A stretch of 64,000 nucleotides of DNA from Bacteroidia bacterium. Its GTDB lineage: Bacteria > Bacteroidota > Bacteroidia > NS11-12g > UBA9320. The notes beneath the pieces were generated by a model that was not told the DNA's origin, ran no database searches, and saw only the letters and a program-made list of their open reading frames with translations. Positions 49,479 to 59,226 of the stretch are shown here, in pieces (the first letter of the stretch is position 1; each line of letters begins with the position of its first letter). The stretch is from contig CBDCFW010000005.1 of NCBI GenBank assembly GCA_965216465.1, positions 1 to 64,000 of the forward strand. The letters are read 5' to 3'. The translations under genes were made by a program, and so were the position numbers.

Positions 49479-51654
49479 ATCTCAAGCTTATAAAATATGT
49501 GGTACCTGGGCTAACAGAAACATAGGTCGTTGACGGTGTATGGGCCCCAACCTCTGTTGTACTCGAATTAATATTTACAACCCCAAACAAATTTCTTGCA
49601 CCCGCACTCACCTTTAGCTTATTCTTAAACAGCGGTTGATTTACCGTAAAATCCATCATAGAATATGCATCTTGTTGCTGTATGGTTGTTGTATTTGTAG
49701 ATGTATCAGCAAATACTCGGCTAACACTTCCAAAATAGTTGAAGAATACATTAATTGATGTATTCCATTTTTTCAGTTTAATTGAAGGTTGAATTACTGC
49801 TTGAGGAGAGAAGTTGTAATCCTTTTCTACTTCTGCAATCCCGTTGAAAATACCGGTATAGTTAAACGAAGCATTTAAAGCAAAATTCTTGTAAATCATT
49901 TTTTGGCTTACTCCCCCTCCAACAGACCTGTACAACCCAATGTTTCCATATTGTGCTTGTATAGGACCTGTTACTAAAAGTTCAATTTTGTTCTCAATTG
50001 AATTATAGAACCCATCAATGTTGGTCGAAAATTGTACTTTTTTATACTTATAGTACTTCACATATGACCCTGTAATAGAGTGTGAAGTTTCAGCCAGCAA
50101 CTCTTCGTTTCCGAATACCTCATGTCGGCTGTCGTTAAAGTCTAAGTACAATTCTTTTAATGAAGGTGCTCTAAATCCTTTACCATAAGCCAACTTAAGA
50201 ATTCTAGATTTTCTAAAGTTGAATTTAGTTTGAATCGAGTAAAGCAAGGGTGCGTCGTACGCAGAATTATGAGCATAACGAGCTCCTATTCGGGTAAGGA
50301 AGTAGCTGGTAATTTGCTTCTCAGCACTTGCAAAAAGTGCAAGATCTAACTGCTCTTGTCTTAGGTTTTTAATTCTCGGTCCTGTTCCAAACTCATAATT
50401 TCCATCAAAACCGAGCATGGTTTCAACACCTCGCTTTTCAAAGCCATAAATGGTTCGGAACACCGTTGCATTAAATGTTTGAGTATCTTGTTCTGATTCT
50501 CTGGGTATCAATGACTCTTCGAGCGTGACTAAGTCTTTATAATATTTATTCTTCGTTCGCTTAAAGTAGTTATTGCTGATAATCATCTGAATTGATGACT
50601 CTTTAATTTTGTTTTGATAACTCAAGCTGTTATCAAATCGGTTGTTCTTATATTTTTGATCAACCGCAGATTCTTCGTAGGGTAATATGGGAGTACCACG
50701 ATCAAGTAATAGTGATCTTAACACTTCGGATCTGAATGAGATTTTAGCGTCATTCTTTTGATAAGCATACTGTACTCTACCGGTATATTGCTCTTTTGGG
50801 ATCCAATCGAATGTTCTATCTACATTGTTTTGACTCCAGCCATCAAAGAACATTCTACCACCCGTAAGTGTGAAATAATGATTTTTAAAAGACTTCGAAG
50901 CTGTACCTGTTAAATTATACTGGCCATCAGTTTCGTAGTTAGAGCTCAGATTGAACCGAGGTTTCTTCGTGGCATTAGCGGTTACAATATTTATTGTTCC
51001 CGCCAAGGCGTTTGAACCATAGATTACAGACATAGGGCCTTTTATCACCTCTATTTGTTTGGTGTTTTCTAGGTTGAATTGCTCAAGATCCATTTGATTG
51101 AACATTCGTCCAATAACAGGTACTCCATCTACTAAGAACTTAACATTATCGCCTCCAACTCCCATCAATGTTAGCCCTGATGATCCTAAAGCGTTGTCTC
51201 TGCTTAGCCGAATATTGTTTTCGAAGGCAAGTGCATCACGAAGGTCAACTGCTCCCATCGCCTGAATTTTTTTAGCGTCAATCTTGGCGATGTTTAGCAC
51301 CGTATTATTAAGTGTCTTTTGTTTGTGAATGTCAGTAACAACAATCTGATCAATGACATATTCGCTTTTAAACATGCCAATGTTGTGCGTACCAGAAACA
51401 CTGCCGTTGATGGTTTTTCGATAATCTTGATAACCAGGTGCAGTGATTAGGACTTCTTTTCTTCCATCAAATTTTAGGCTTACATATCCTAGATTGGTTG
51501 AGTCTGAATGAACTTCAACGCCACTGCTCAGCTCTGCTGTAATATTTAAAGCCTTGCCAGTCTGACTGTCAAACCCAAAAATAACGGTTTGTGCCATCAT
51601 CACTGATGGCACAAACACTAAATTCAATAATATGCTAAAAAATTTCTTACTCAA
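49462..51654 (-). CDS. TonB-dependent receptor, HmuR-like heme transporter
   Basis: VVVT-like TonB box, LVDGVP, IEVIKGPMSVIYGSNALAGTINI plug, GFRAPSLKELY, GN..L..E and NLF; flanked by two HmuY genes. Confidence 0.88.
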   Translation of the reverse strand: MSKKFFSILLNLVFVPSVMMAQTVIFGFDSQTGKALNITAELSSGVEVHSDSTNLGYVSLKFDGRKEVLITAPGYQDYRKTINGSVSGTHNIGMFKSEYVIDQIVVTDIHKQKTLNNTVLNIAKIDAKKIQAMGAVDLRDALAFENNIRLSRDNALGSSGLTLMGVGGDNVKFLVDGVPVIGRMFNQMDLEQFNLENTKQIEVIKGPMSVIYGSNALAGTINIVTANATKKPRFNLSSNYETDGQYNLTGTASKSFKNHYFTLTGGRMFFDGWSQNNVDRTFDWIPKEQYTGRVQYAYQKNDAKISFRSEVLRSLLLDRGTPILPYEESAVDQKYKNNRFDNSLSYQNKIKESSIQMIISNNYFKRTKNKYYKDLVTLEESLIPRESEQDTQTFNATVFRTIYGFEKRGVETMLGFDGNYEFGTGPRIKNLRQEQLDLALFASAEKQITSYFLTRIGARYAHNSAYDAPLLYSIQTKFNFRKSRILKLAYGKGFRAPSLKELYLDFNDSRHEVFGNEELLAETSHSITGSYVKYYKYKKVQFSTNIDGFYNSIENKIELLVTGPIQAQYGNIGLYRSVGGGVSQKMIYKNFALNASFNYTGIFNGIAEVEKDYNFSPQAVIQPSIKLKKWNTSINVFFNYFGSVSRVFADTSTNTTTIQQQDAYSMMDFTVNQPLFKNKLKVSAGARNLFGVVNINSSTTEVGAHTPSTTYVSVSPGTTYFISLRYEFKK

Positions 51655-52873
51655 CGATTAATCTCTTGGTAGCGATAGCTTCATCCGAGCTTAGAATAAC
51701 AGTATAAACTCCGCTCGTTAAAGAAGAAGTGTTGATTTTGCCCGTAGCATTTGCAAGTACTTCCGTTTCTATTAAAGTACGTCCTTGTAAGTCGATTACT
51801 TTAACCGTTGCGTTGGTGTAGTCGTTGTTCTGAATATTTAAAACGTTGTTAGCTGGGTTAGGGTAGATTGAAGAAAACAACTCTCTCTTAGAATCTACAG
51901 AAGCTCCACCAACAATCTTTTCGATGTTGAAGTAATATCCTCCTGTAGCTCCACCAACATATTTAGTGAAATAAATCTTCCACATTGCACCCGATTTCCT
52001 TTTTACAAAGTATGCAAGGTCTGCAGTGATGTCGTACTCGAAGGTTGACATGTTAAAGCTTTTCCAATCTGATCCAATCTCGGTCATATTATCTGACCAA
52101 GTAAGGGTATTGGTGTCGTTATCCATAACATCAACTCCCTCTCGTTTAGCTACTTGGTAATCTTTATTCACCTTAACTCCACTTACTGGGTAAGCAACTA
52201 GGTCTGGACCTGCTTGTATTTGTACCATGTACTTGGTGAAAAGAATATCCCAATCTTCACCAACTGGTTCTTCATTTATAACTTCACGGCTTGAATTGCT
52301 GTAAAGAATAAAGTTTTTACCGGCATATGCTTCACCTTTTTTGTCAATGGAGAAATATTCCGATTGACCGCCGCCAATGGCACCAATTTTAACAGTGAAC
52401 ACACCACTAGCACTCATTTCAGAGATCATCATTTGATTGTAAGAGCCATCACCGTTTTTAACAATAAGAATTTGCTTGCCGTAGATGTAGTGATTTCCAG
52501 AATTGTAGTCTCCCCAACCGTAGTCTGGGTGGGAAGTTCCTTGGTTAGCAAACGCTCCAGATTCCCAAGTTTCTGTCGAGTTATATAAGTTATCCCAAGC
52601 CATTCCAGTAGTATCTACTGTATTCCAATCGTTAGTATCTGAACTGTACACGAAAGCTGAAACACCTGCATTTTCATTAATAATAATACTTGCATCGAAA
52701 CCTTTAGTCGTAAATCCTATATCCCAAGTAGTTCGGTCTATTGACTTAACTTCATCGTTGCTAAAGCTGTAATAAACATCATTTACTCCGCCATTAGTAA
52801 TTACAGAGTCTGCTTTTTGAGCACTAGCGTTAAGTGCAAATAGCGCAATGATTAGTGTAAAATATTTATTCAT
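51647..52873 (-). CDS. T9SS-sorted protein with tandem HmuY-like domains
   Basis: SpI signal ASAQ; VYYSF...WDIGF and ILYS...WDILFTKY modules; type-A CTD IYPNPA...DLQGR...SGVYTV...KRLIVE. Confidence 0.8.
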   Translation of the reverse strand: MNKYFTLIIALFALNASAQKADSVITNGGVNDVYYSFSNDEVKSIDRTTWDIGFTTKGFDASIIINENAGVSAFVYSSDTNDWNTVDTTGMAWDNLYNSTETWESGAFANQGTSHPDYGWGDYNSGNHYIYGKQILIVKNGDGSYNQMMISEMSASGVFTVKIGAIGGGQSEYFSIDKKGEAYAGKNFILYSNSSREVINEEPVGEDWDILFTKYMVQIQAGPDLVAYPVSGVKVNKDYQVAKREGVDVMDNDTNTLTWSDNMTEIGSDWKSFNMSTFEYDITADLAYFVKRKSGAMWKIYFTKYVGGATGGYYFNIEKIVGGASVDSKRELFSSIYPNPANNVLNIQNNDYTNATVKVIDLQGRTLIETEVLANATGKINTSSLTSGVYTVILSSDEAIATKRLIVE

Positions 52874-52927
52874 TTTATATAGTTGTTGTTTTTGAACGCT
52901 GCAAAAGTGTCTGATAAGATGGTTTAT

Positions 52928-52963
52928 AAATACCCGAAAGGGTAATAAAAATACCCCAAATCG
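52928..52963. promoter_or_regulatory. Candidate AraC-family operator: direct repeat with 21-bp period
   Basis: AAATACCCGAAAGGG (52928) and AAATACCCCAAATCG (52949), just upstream of a minus-strand CACTTTTG -7-like element (52902-52909). Confidence 0.5.
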
Positions 52964-53070
52964 AAAATACTGTATGATTAGTGTCATAGTTGCAACTGCT
53001 TGATATCATTGAGCTATAGACTTATTTACAAAATCGCATTACATTTGTTGCAGAATAAATAACCCAAAAA

Positions 53071-53889
53071 ATGCACACAATTGGTCATCAGATTGAGCTT
53101 AAACTATTGAACATAAATCCAGCTCCAACCGCATATCATTTTGAAAGTGGGAACATATGTTTATTCATCACGGCGAAGCAACCTGTTATGATGCCAATGG
53201 GACAAAGGAGCATTCCTCTTCCACCTAATTCTATTTATTTATTCTATGATCAAAAGCGAAATTTTGACTTAGCTTTTCAAGCTGACCACAACGCTGATTT
53301 ATGTATTATTCGACTTTCAATTGAGGCCCTGCACCACATCATTGCATTAGGAACCGATGAATTAAACTTTAAGCAAGCTGCTATCTTCGATAAAGAGCAG
53401 TATCATCATTTTGAGCCTGCAAATGAGAAAATTCAAGAGTCATTGGGTCTGTTGCTAAAGAACAAAGACAATGTGTTATTCAGCGAAGCCAAGAAATTTG
53501 AAATTCTAGACCACTATTTCAATACACAAAACGTTACGACCTACAAGTGTCCTTTCCTTAATCAAAAAGACAATGTAAATAAGGTGAGAGAAGCGAAGGA
53601 AGCTTTGATTCATGATTTGCGGAATTCAATCACAATTAAGGAGCTAGCTAAAAAGGTTGGCTTGAATGAATACAATTTGAAGTCAGGATTTAAAGAGATC
53701 TACGGTAAGCCAGTTCATACCTATTTAAAAGACTATAAGATTGCTCATGCCCGAGAATTGATAGAAGCAAAAGAATATCAAATCAATGAGATTGCTGATA
53801 ACCTTGGATATTCTAACGTTAGTCACTTCATAGAAGCATTTAAAAAGAAGTACGGGGTTACACCTAAGCAATTTGAATTAAGTCTTTAA
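53071..53889 (+). CDS. AraC family transcriptional regulator (PchR/YbtA-like)
   Basis: ITIKELAKKVGLNEYNLKSGFKEIYG and INEIA..LGYSN.SHF..AFKKKYGVTP; divergent from the heme operon. Confidence 0.93.
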   Translation: MHTIGHQIELKLLNINPAPTAYHFESGNICLFITAKQPVMMPMGQRSIPLPPNSIYLFYDQKRNFDLAFQADHNADLCIIRLSIEALHHIIALGTDELNFKQAAIFDKEQYHHFEPANEKIQESLGLLLKNKDNVLFSEAKKFEILDHYFNTQNVTTYKCPFLNQKDNVNKVREAKEALIHDLRNSITIKELAKKVGLNEYNLKSGFKEIYGKPVHTYLKDYKIAHARELIEAKEYQINEIADNLGYSNVSHFIEAFKKKYGVTPKQFELSL

Positions 53890-54090
53890 GGCTTGAAGTT
53901 GAAACTTGTTAACCTCGAGTTGAATCCAAAGAAATATTCAAACACTAAAAGCGTGTGGTTCGAGAAACAAAATTGATTGAATTTCAGCACGATAACGACA
54001 ACTTATACACGAATTCTAAAAGTCTATAGATTCCCGTGTCAGTTTGTATTTAATTTGCCGTTCAATTTTGCAGTTAATTAAAACACAGAA

Positions 54091-55047
54091 ATGGAAAAAC
54101 TAGAATGTTTAATCATCGGATCAGGACCAGCGGGTTATACCGCGGCAATTTATGCAGCAAGAGCAGACATGAACCCAGTTGTTTATGAAGGTTTACAACC
54201 AGGTGGTCAGTTGACGATTACAACAGATGTAGAAAATTATCCAGGGTACCCTGATGGAATTATGGGACCTGAGATGATGGAAAACTTCAAAAAGCAAGCT
54301 GTTAGACTTGGTGCTGAAACGCGATACGGTATGGTAACATCAGTAGAGTTTGATCGCGATGGCGGAACACATAAAGTAACCGTTGATGGCAAGACTGAAA
54401 TTGAAGCCGAAACTGTGATTATCAGTACAGGTGCAAGTGCTAAGTGGTTAGGCATTCCTTCAGAAACAAGACTTAACGGTAGTGGAGTTAGTGCATGCGC
54501 TGTTTGTGATGGATTCTTCTACAGAGGCCAAGATGTAGCTATTGTAGGTGCTGGAGATACTGCGGCTGAAGAGGCTAGCTACCTTTCTAAAATCTGTAAC
54601 AAGGTTTACATGTTCGTACGTAGAGACGAGATGAGAGCTTCTAAAGCTATGCAACACCGAGTAGAGAATCTAGAAAATGTTGAGATTCTTTTCAATACTG
54701 AAACTGATGAGGTACTTGGCGACATGGCTGTTGAAGGTGTTCGTGTTGTAAACAATATCTCTGGAGAAAAGAAAGAAATTCCAATTTCTGGATTTTTTGT
54801 GGCTATTGGGCATAAACCAAACACCGATATCTTTAAAGACTACCTAGAGATGGATGATGCTGGTTATATCATCACCAAACCAGACAGCACAAAGACTGAT
54901 ATTCCAGGTGTTTTTGTTTGTGGTGATGCACAGGATAAGATTTATAGACAGGCAGTTACGGCTGCTGGAAGCGGATGTATGGCTGCTCTAGATGCAGAGC
55001 GTTATTTGAGTCACAAATCGTTCCACAGTAATCTACCAACCGTTTGA
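54091..55047 (+). CDS. trxB: Thioredoxin reductase
   Basis: IIGSGPAG, GGQL..T..VENYPG, SACAVCDG, GAGDTA.EEA and YRQAVTAAGSG. Confidence 0.97.
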   Translation: MEKLECLIIGSGPAGYTAAIYAARADMNPVVYEGLQPGGQLTITTDVENYPGYPDGIMGPEMMENFKKQAVRLGAETRYGMVTSVEFDRDGGTHKVTVDGKTEIEAETVIISTGASAKWLGIPSETRLNGSGVSACAVCDGFFYRGQDVAIVGAGDTAAEEASYLSKICNKVYMFVRRDEMRASKAMQHRVENLENVEILFNTETDEVLGDMAVEGVRVVNNISGEKKEIPISGFFVAIGHKPNTDIFKDYLEMDDAGYIITKPDSTKTDIPGVFVCGDAQDKIYRQAVTAAGSGCMAALDAERYLSHKSFHSNLPTV

Positions 55048-55324
55048 TATAAAAAATACCCACTTTTGTCACAAAAGTGTCATGTGTTAGTCAGCTTTGC
55101 ATTAAGTGAAGGCTATACACCAGATTAAACTTTCCACTTAAACCATTAAACGTCAAAAGATTACATGCCTCATGCAGGACATTTCTTAAGTTTGTGTTGA
55201 TAAGTGCTAAAGTTTGAAAATAGAATATACCCCTACCTTTGTGGCATCAAAATTGCGTAACAAGTATCAGAAGATCTATTTGATATAACTATATCGCCAA
55301 CACTCCCTTAAACATATTCCTATT

Positions 55325-55888
55325 ATGAAAAATTTTAAAACACATCATGTTGTTATAATGCTTTTTATGATGGCTTTTGTAGCTATGAGTTTTGCATATG
55401 AACAAACGCCACAGCAGTTAGCTGTGCGTGCAATGCACAAAATGCTTCCTCAATTCAACGAAAAGGAAGTACCTATTTCAGTGCCTGCAGTTCCGCAGGT
55501 GAAATCAAAATCTGTTTTCGAAGTTGCAGATTCTATCTGCCAAGAAGCCGGTGTTCCTTTTGAATTGGTAAAAGAAATTGGAAATAACGAAAGTGGATGG
55601 AGATACATCTCAAACACCAATGGTGGAACTGACCACGGTGACCTACAAGTAATCGACCAGACCTACTGGTACTGGTACGACGAACTAGGCCTTACTGGAG
55701 GAAAGACAAGAAGAAACTACCTTAAAGTTGGAATCTATTACCTAAAATATCTACACAACCGTTACGGAAGCTGGGAAAAAGCTCGCTTCGCATATGGTCG
55801 TGGTCACTGGAGAGAACCTTCAACATGGACCGATCTTGAGAAAAAATTTATGGGTAAAATCGATTGGACCAAATACGATAAGTCTTAA
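55325..55888 (+). CDS. Lytic transglycosylase (SLT-like domain)
   Basis: Signal peptide; NESG catalytic Glu motif, GDLQV, N...G..YLK.L..RYGSW..A..AY; TACCTTTG upstream at 55234. Confidence 0.8.
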   Translation: MKNFKTHHVVIMLFMMAFVAMSFAYEQTPQQLAVRAMHKMLPQFNEKEVPISVPAVPQVKSKSVFEVADSICQEAGVPFELVKEIGNNESGWRYISNTNGGTDHGDLQVIDQTYWYWYDELGLTGGKTRRNYLKVGIYYLKYLHNRYGSWEKARFAYGRGHWREPSTWTDLEKKFMGKIDWTKYDKS

Positions 55889-56886
55889 TTAAGAAAGTGT
55901 TTCTTAATTTCGGCTAAGAAAAATTTTAAAGGAGTGGTTTTCACTCCTTTTTTTATGTTCGCTTTTGCAATTGCAATAATCCGTAGCCAATGCTTGGCCA
56001 AAGCAAAGTGAGCTTTGAATATGTTGCTTTGATCGTAAATATGTCCTGGCTCAGAACTTACTCCATTAAGCTCAAATACTTTGATGTTTTGACCCTTCTC
56101 CAAATCTTCATACGTTGGCACTTTTAGGTCATATCGGCCATAATACACTCCCTTTACAGACTCATTGAGCTTATCAAATACCGCATTAACTTTTTCATTA
56201 ATCTTGCTGTTTTTATCCAAGAACTTTGTACCCTTCGCATGATTTCCAATTTGATATACTACGAAATCTACATGCTTTCTGGGAACGACGTTTAACACTT
56301 CACTTCTCTCTTTTTCAAGTACTTGCATGTACAATCGATGGCGAGGATGAGCATTAACCAAAGAGCGCACAGTTGATTCTCCATCTCCCTGCACGCTAAT
56401 AAATCTTTTTTCAGATATCGAAGAAACTCGTCCTTTATTCGTTCCTGGAATTTTGGAGTACAACACACCCAATTCAAGCCGGTAGTCTATATACTCTTGA
56501 ATCAAGAATTCATTAAACTCATTGCCATATTGTACCAGCTCGTCTTTATTCATTAAGATCTTTACTCCATACCCCCGCTCTCCTATATTCGGCTTGCAAA
56601 CTAAAGGAAATGCCCAAGTGTTTTTTTGAAGTTCCTGATCCAATTCTTCAGTATTCGTTATCAACTTTGATTTGACTTTAAACTCTTGAGGAATCAGCTT
56701 CATGATAGCGTCTTTTTCTTCCCCGAAAAATCCACCCATAAATATCCCAGGATTGGTGGCAGTAAAATATAACAATCGGCGGGTTACGATTACACCATAC
56801 GCATAAATGGGAAGCAGAGGTACAAAGAAAAAGTACCATGGCCAAAATTCGTATCGGCCTAATTTATATAAGAATTTAGATCTCAA
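55885..56886 (-). CDS. ATP-grasp fold ligase (D-Ala-D-Ala ligase-like Bacteroidota family)
   Basis: FPLVCKPNIGERGYGV, LIQEYI, GNH..G, YGRYDL and ELNG..SEP.HIYD. Confidence 0.8.
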   Translation of the reverse strand: MRSKFLYKLGRYEFWPWYFFFVPLLPIYAYGVIVTRRLLYFTATNPGIFMGGFFGEEKDAIMKLIPQEFKVKSKLITNTEELDQELQKNTWAFPLVCKPNIGERGYGVKILMNKDELVQYGNEFNEFLIQEYIDYRLELGVLYSKIPGTNKGRVSSISEKRFISVQGDGESTVRSLVNAHPRHRLYMQVLEKERSEVLNVVPRKHVDFVVYQIGNHAKGTKFLDKNSKINEKVNAVFDKLNESVKGVYYGRYDLKVPTYEDLEKGQNIKVFELNGVSSEPGHIYDQSNIFKAHFALAKHWLRIIAIAKANIKKGVKTTPLKFFLAEIKKHFLN

Positions 56887-56992
56887 GGACTACAACGGGA
56901 AATCCGGAATAAACAAATATAATAACGAACTGAATTTCAAACCCTTACAATGCACCGATTTTATTTCTATTTTTGCATAGAATATTGCTATC

Positions 56993-57985
56993 ATGGAAGA
57001 AAATCAAGAAATTTTTTCAGAAGAGACCCCAAAAAGAAATCGATCACTACCTTTATTTATAGTGCTTTTCCTGGCTTCTTTAGGACTGAACCTGTTCTTG
57101 TTTTTTAAATATGCAAAAAATGGTGTTGAGATTCAGGAAAAGAATCAGGAGTTAGCTATGCTGTATAAGGCGGCTAACTTGAAAGCAGATTCGCTTCAAC
57201 AAGAACTGGACTTAGCTATTCAACAGCTCCAGGATAAAATAAATGAAAATCTTGCTCAAGAAGACATTAAAGAAAGTATCCGATTTGAACTCGAAGAGCA
57301 AAAACAATCACTTATTGCCGCTCAAGCTAAAATTTCGAGACTGATTGCAAGTGGAGCGGGAGGATCAGATGCAGGTGCAGGATCTACTGCTTCTAACAAG
57401 GCTCTACTTGCTGCAAAAACCGAAATAGACGAGCTTAAACGAACAAATACAGAGTTTATAGCAAAGGCGGAAGATGCACAACGCAAATTCGTCGAAGCTC
57501 AAAAAGAGGCAGAAGAAAATGCTATTATAGCTGAAAATTACAAGATAGAAAACGACAGTTTGGTTGAAGTTACATCCACCTTAAACAATAAGCTTAAAGC
57601 TGCCAGCGACCTAAACATTGCAGGACTCAAGGTTACCCCAGTTCGAACGCGCAAAGGTGAGCTTGAAGAAACGGATAGGGCCAGCAAAACTGAAAGATTA
57701 CAAATTAATTTTTCTGTTCTCGGTAACGAGCTAACTCAGAAGGAAGAAAAAGACATTACGATTCGAATTATCGAACCAAATGGTGCTGTACTCACTAAAA
57801 ATACCACTCAACTTACCAATAGTGCCGACCTTTATACGCTTAAAACTAGTATTGACTACGATGGAACCGAAAAAGGCGTAAAATATTACTACGACCACGA
57901 TGCCAGTTACAAAAAAGGAGTTTTTAAAATTGAAGTGTACAACAACAACCGACTCCTCGACAGAAAATCGTTTAGCTTACGCTAA
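56993..57985 (+). CDS. Membrane-anchored coiled-coil protein, hypothetical
   Basis: Single N-terminal TM, long heptad-rich region, C-terminal beta domain (IRII.P.G...G.F.IEVY). Confidence 0.75.
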   Translation: MEENQEIFSEETPKRNRSLPLFIVLFLASLGLNLFLFFKYAKNGVEIQEKNQELAMLYKAANLKADSLQQELDLAIQQLQDKINENLAQEDIKESIRFELEEQKQSLIAAQAKISRLIASGAGGSDAGAGSTASNKALLAAKTEIDELKRTNTEFIAKAEDAQRKFVEAQKEAEENAIIAENYKIENDSLVEVTSTLNNKLKAASDLNIAGLKVTPVRTRKGELEETDRASKTERLQINFSVLGNELTQKEEKDITIRIIEPNGAVLTKNTTQLTNSADLYTLKTSIDYDGTEKGVKYYYDHDASYKKGVFKIEVYNNNRLLDRKSFSLR

Positions 57986-59212
57986 GTCCATCTCCACTTG
58001 ATTCTCCAAAAGATATTCTAGCGTCTCACGCTTTCTAATAAGGTGAGCTTTTCCTTTGTAAATCATAACTTCAGCAGGTCTAAGTCTTGAGTTGTAATTT
58101 GAACTCATCGAAAAACCATAAGCTCCAGCGTTACTGATTGCCAGTACATCATGAACTCGAACTTCATTTAATCTTCGATCGTAACCTAAGGTATCTGATT
58201 CGCAGATATAACCTACTACAGAGTATATACGCTCAGTTCCCTTTGGATTTGAAATATTAGTGATGTGATGGTATGCATCGTACATCATTGGACGAAGTAA
58301 ATGATTCTGACCTGAGTTAACTCCTGCAAACACGGTTGATGTTGTTTGTTTCACCACATTTACATCTACCAACAGATAGCCAGCGTTACTAACGATGTAC
58401 TTACCTGGCTCAAACCACAATTGTAAATCTCTGCCATATTCTTTGCAGAAAGCCTTAAAGCTTGCTACAATTTGTTGGCCTATGTCGTTTACATCAGTAG
58501 TAATATCTCCTTCTTTGTACTTTACTTTAAATCCACTACCGAAGTCCATAAATTCTAAGTCTTTAAATTCTTGAGCTGCTTTATAGAGTAAATTAGCTCC
58601 ACGTAAGAAAACATCAGCATCAAGAATATCGCTGCCTGTATGCATATGAAGTCCATTCACGCGAATACCATAATTATCTACAATTCTCTTGATATGAGGA
58701 ACTTGATAAATGCTGATTCCAAATTTTGAATCGATATGACCAACTGAAATATGGCTATTTCCTCCAGCCATGATATGTGGATTCAGCCTAATGCAACAAG
58801 GGACACTACCGCCATATTCGCTACCAAATCTTTCGAGTGTGCTTAGTTCATCAATATTGATTTCTAAACCAAGATCAACAGCTTGTTTTATTTCGTCAAA
58901 CCCGACTGAGTTGGGAGTAAATAGTATTTCGCTAGGTTCAAATCCAGCTTTTATACCCATGAGAGCTTCTTGAATCGAAACCGTGTCTAAGCCTGAACCC
59001 TCCTTCTTTAAAAGTTTTAGAACATTTATGTTTGTCAATGCCTTACAAGCATATTTTAATTGTACATCAACTCCCTTAAATGCATCCTTAAGATTGTGAT
59101 AGTTAGAAACTATCTGATCTGCATCATAAACATAAACTGGTGTGCCGTAATCGCGGGCAACACTTAACAAATCTACACCTCCTAGGGTGTACTTTCCTTT
59201 TATTAATTCCAT
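57977..59212 (-). CDS. lysA: Diaminopimelate decarboxylase
   Basis: GTPVYVYD, YACKA (PLP Lys), SKFG, HMHTGS, EPGK, RPMMYDAYH, GYICE.D and GAYGFSMSSNYN. Confidence 0.96.
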   Translation of the reverse strand: MELIKGKYTLGGVDLLSVARDYGTPVYVYDADQIVSNYHNLKDAFKGVDVQLKYACKALTNINVLKLLKKEGSGLDTVSIQEALMGIKAGFEPSEILFTPNSVGFDEIKQAVDLGLEINIDELSTLERFGSEYGGSVPCCIRLNPHIMAGGNSHISVGHIDSKFGISIYQVPHIKRIVDNYGIRVNGLHMHTGSDILDADVFLRGANLLYKAAQEFKDLEFMDFGSGFKVKYKEGDITTDVNDIGQQIVASFKAFCKEYGRDLQLWFEPGKYIVSNAGYLLVDVNVVKQTTSTVFAGVNSGQNHLLRPMMYDAYHHITNISNPKGTERIYSVVGYICESDTLGYDRRLNEVRVHDVLAISNAGAYGFSMSSNYNSRLRPAEVMIYKGKAHLIRKRETLEYLLENQVEMDLA

Positions 59213-59226
59213 ATTTTAAAAGTGAA

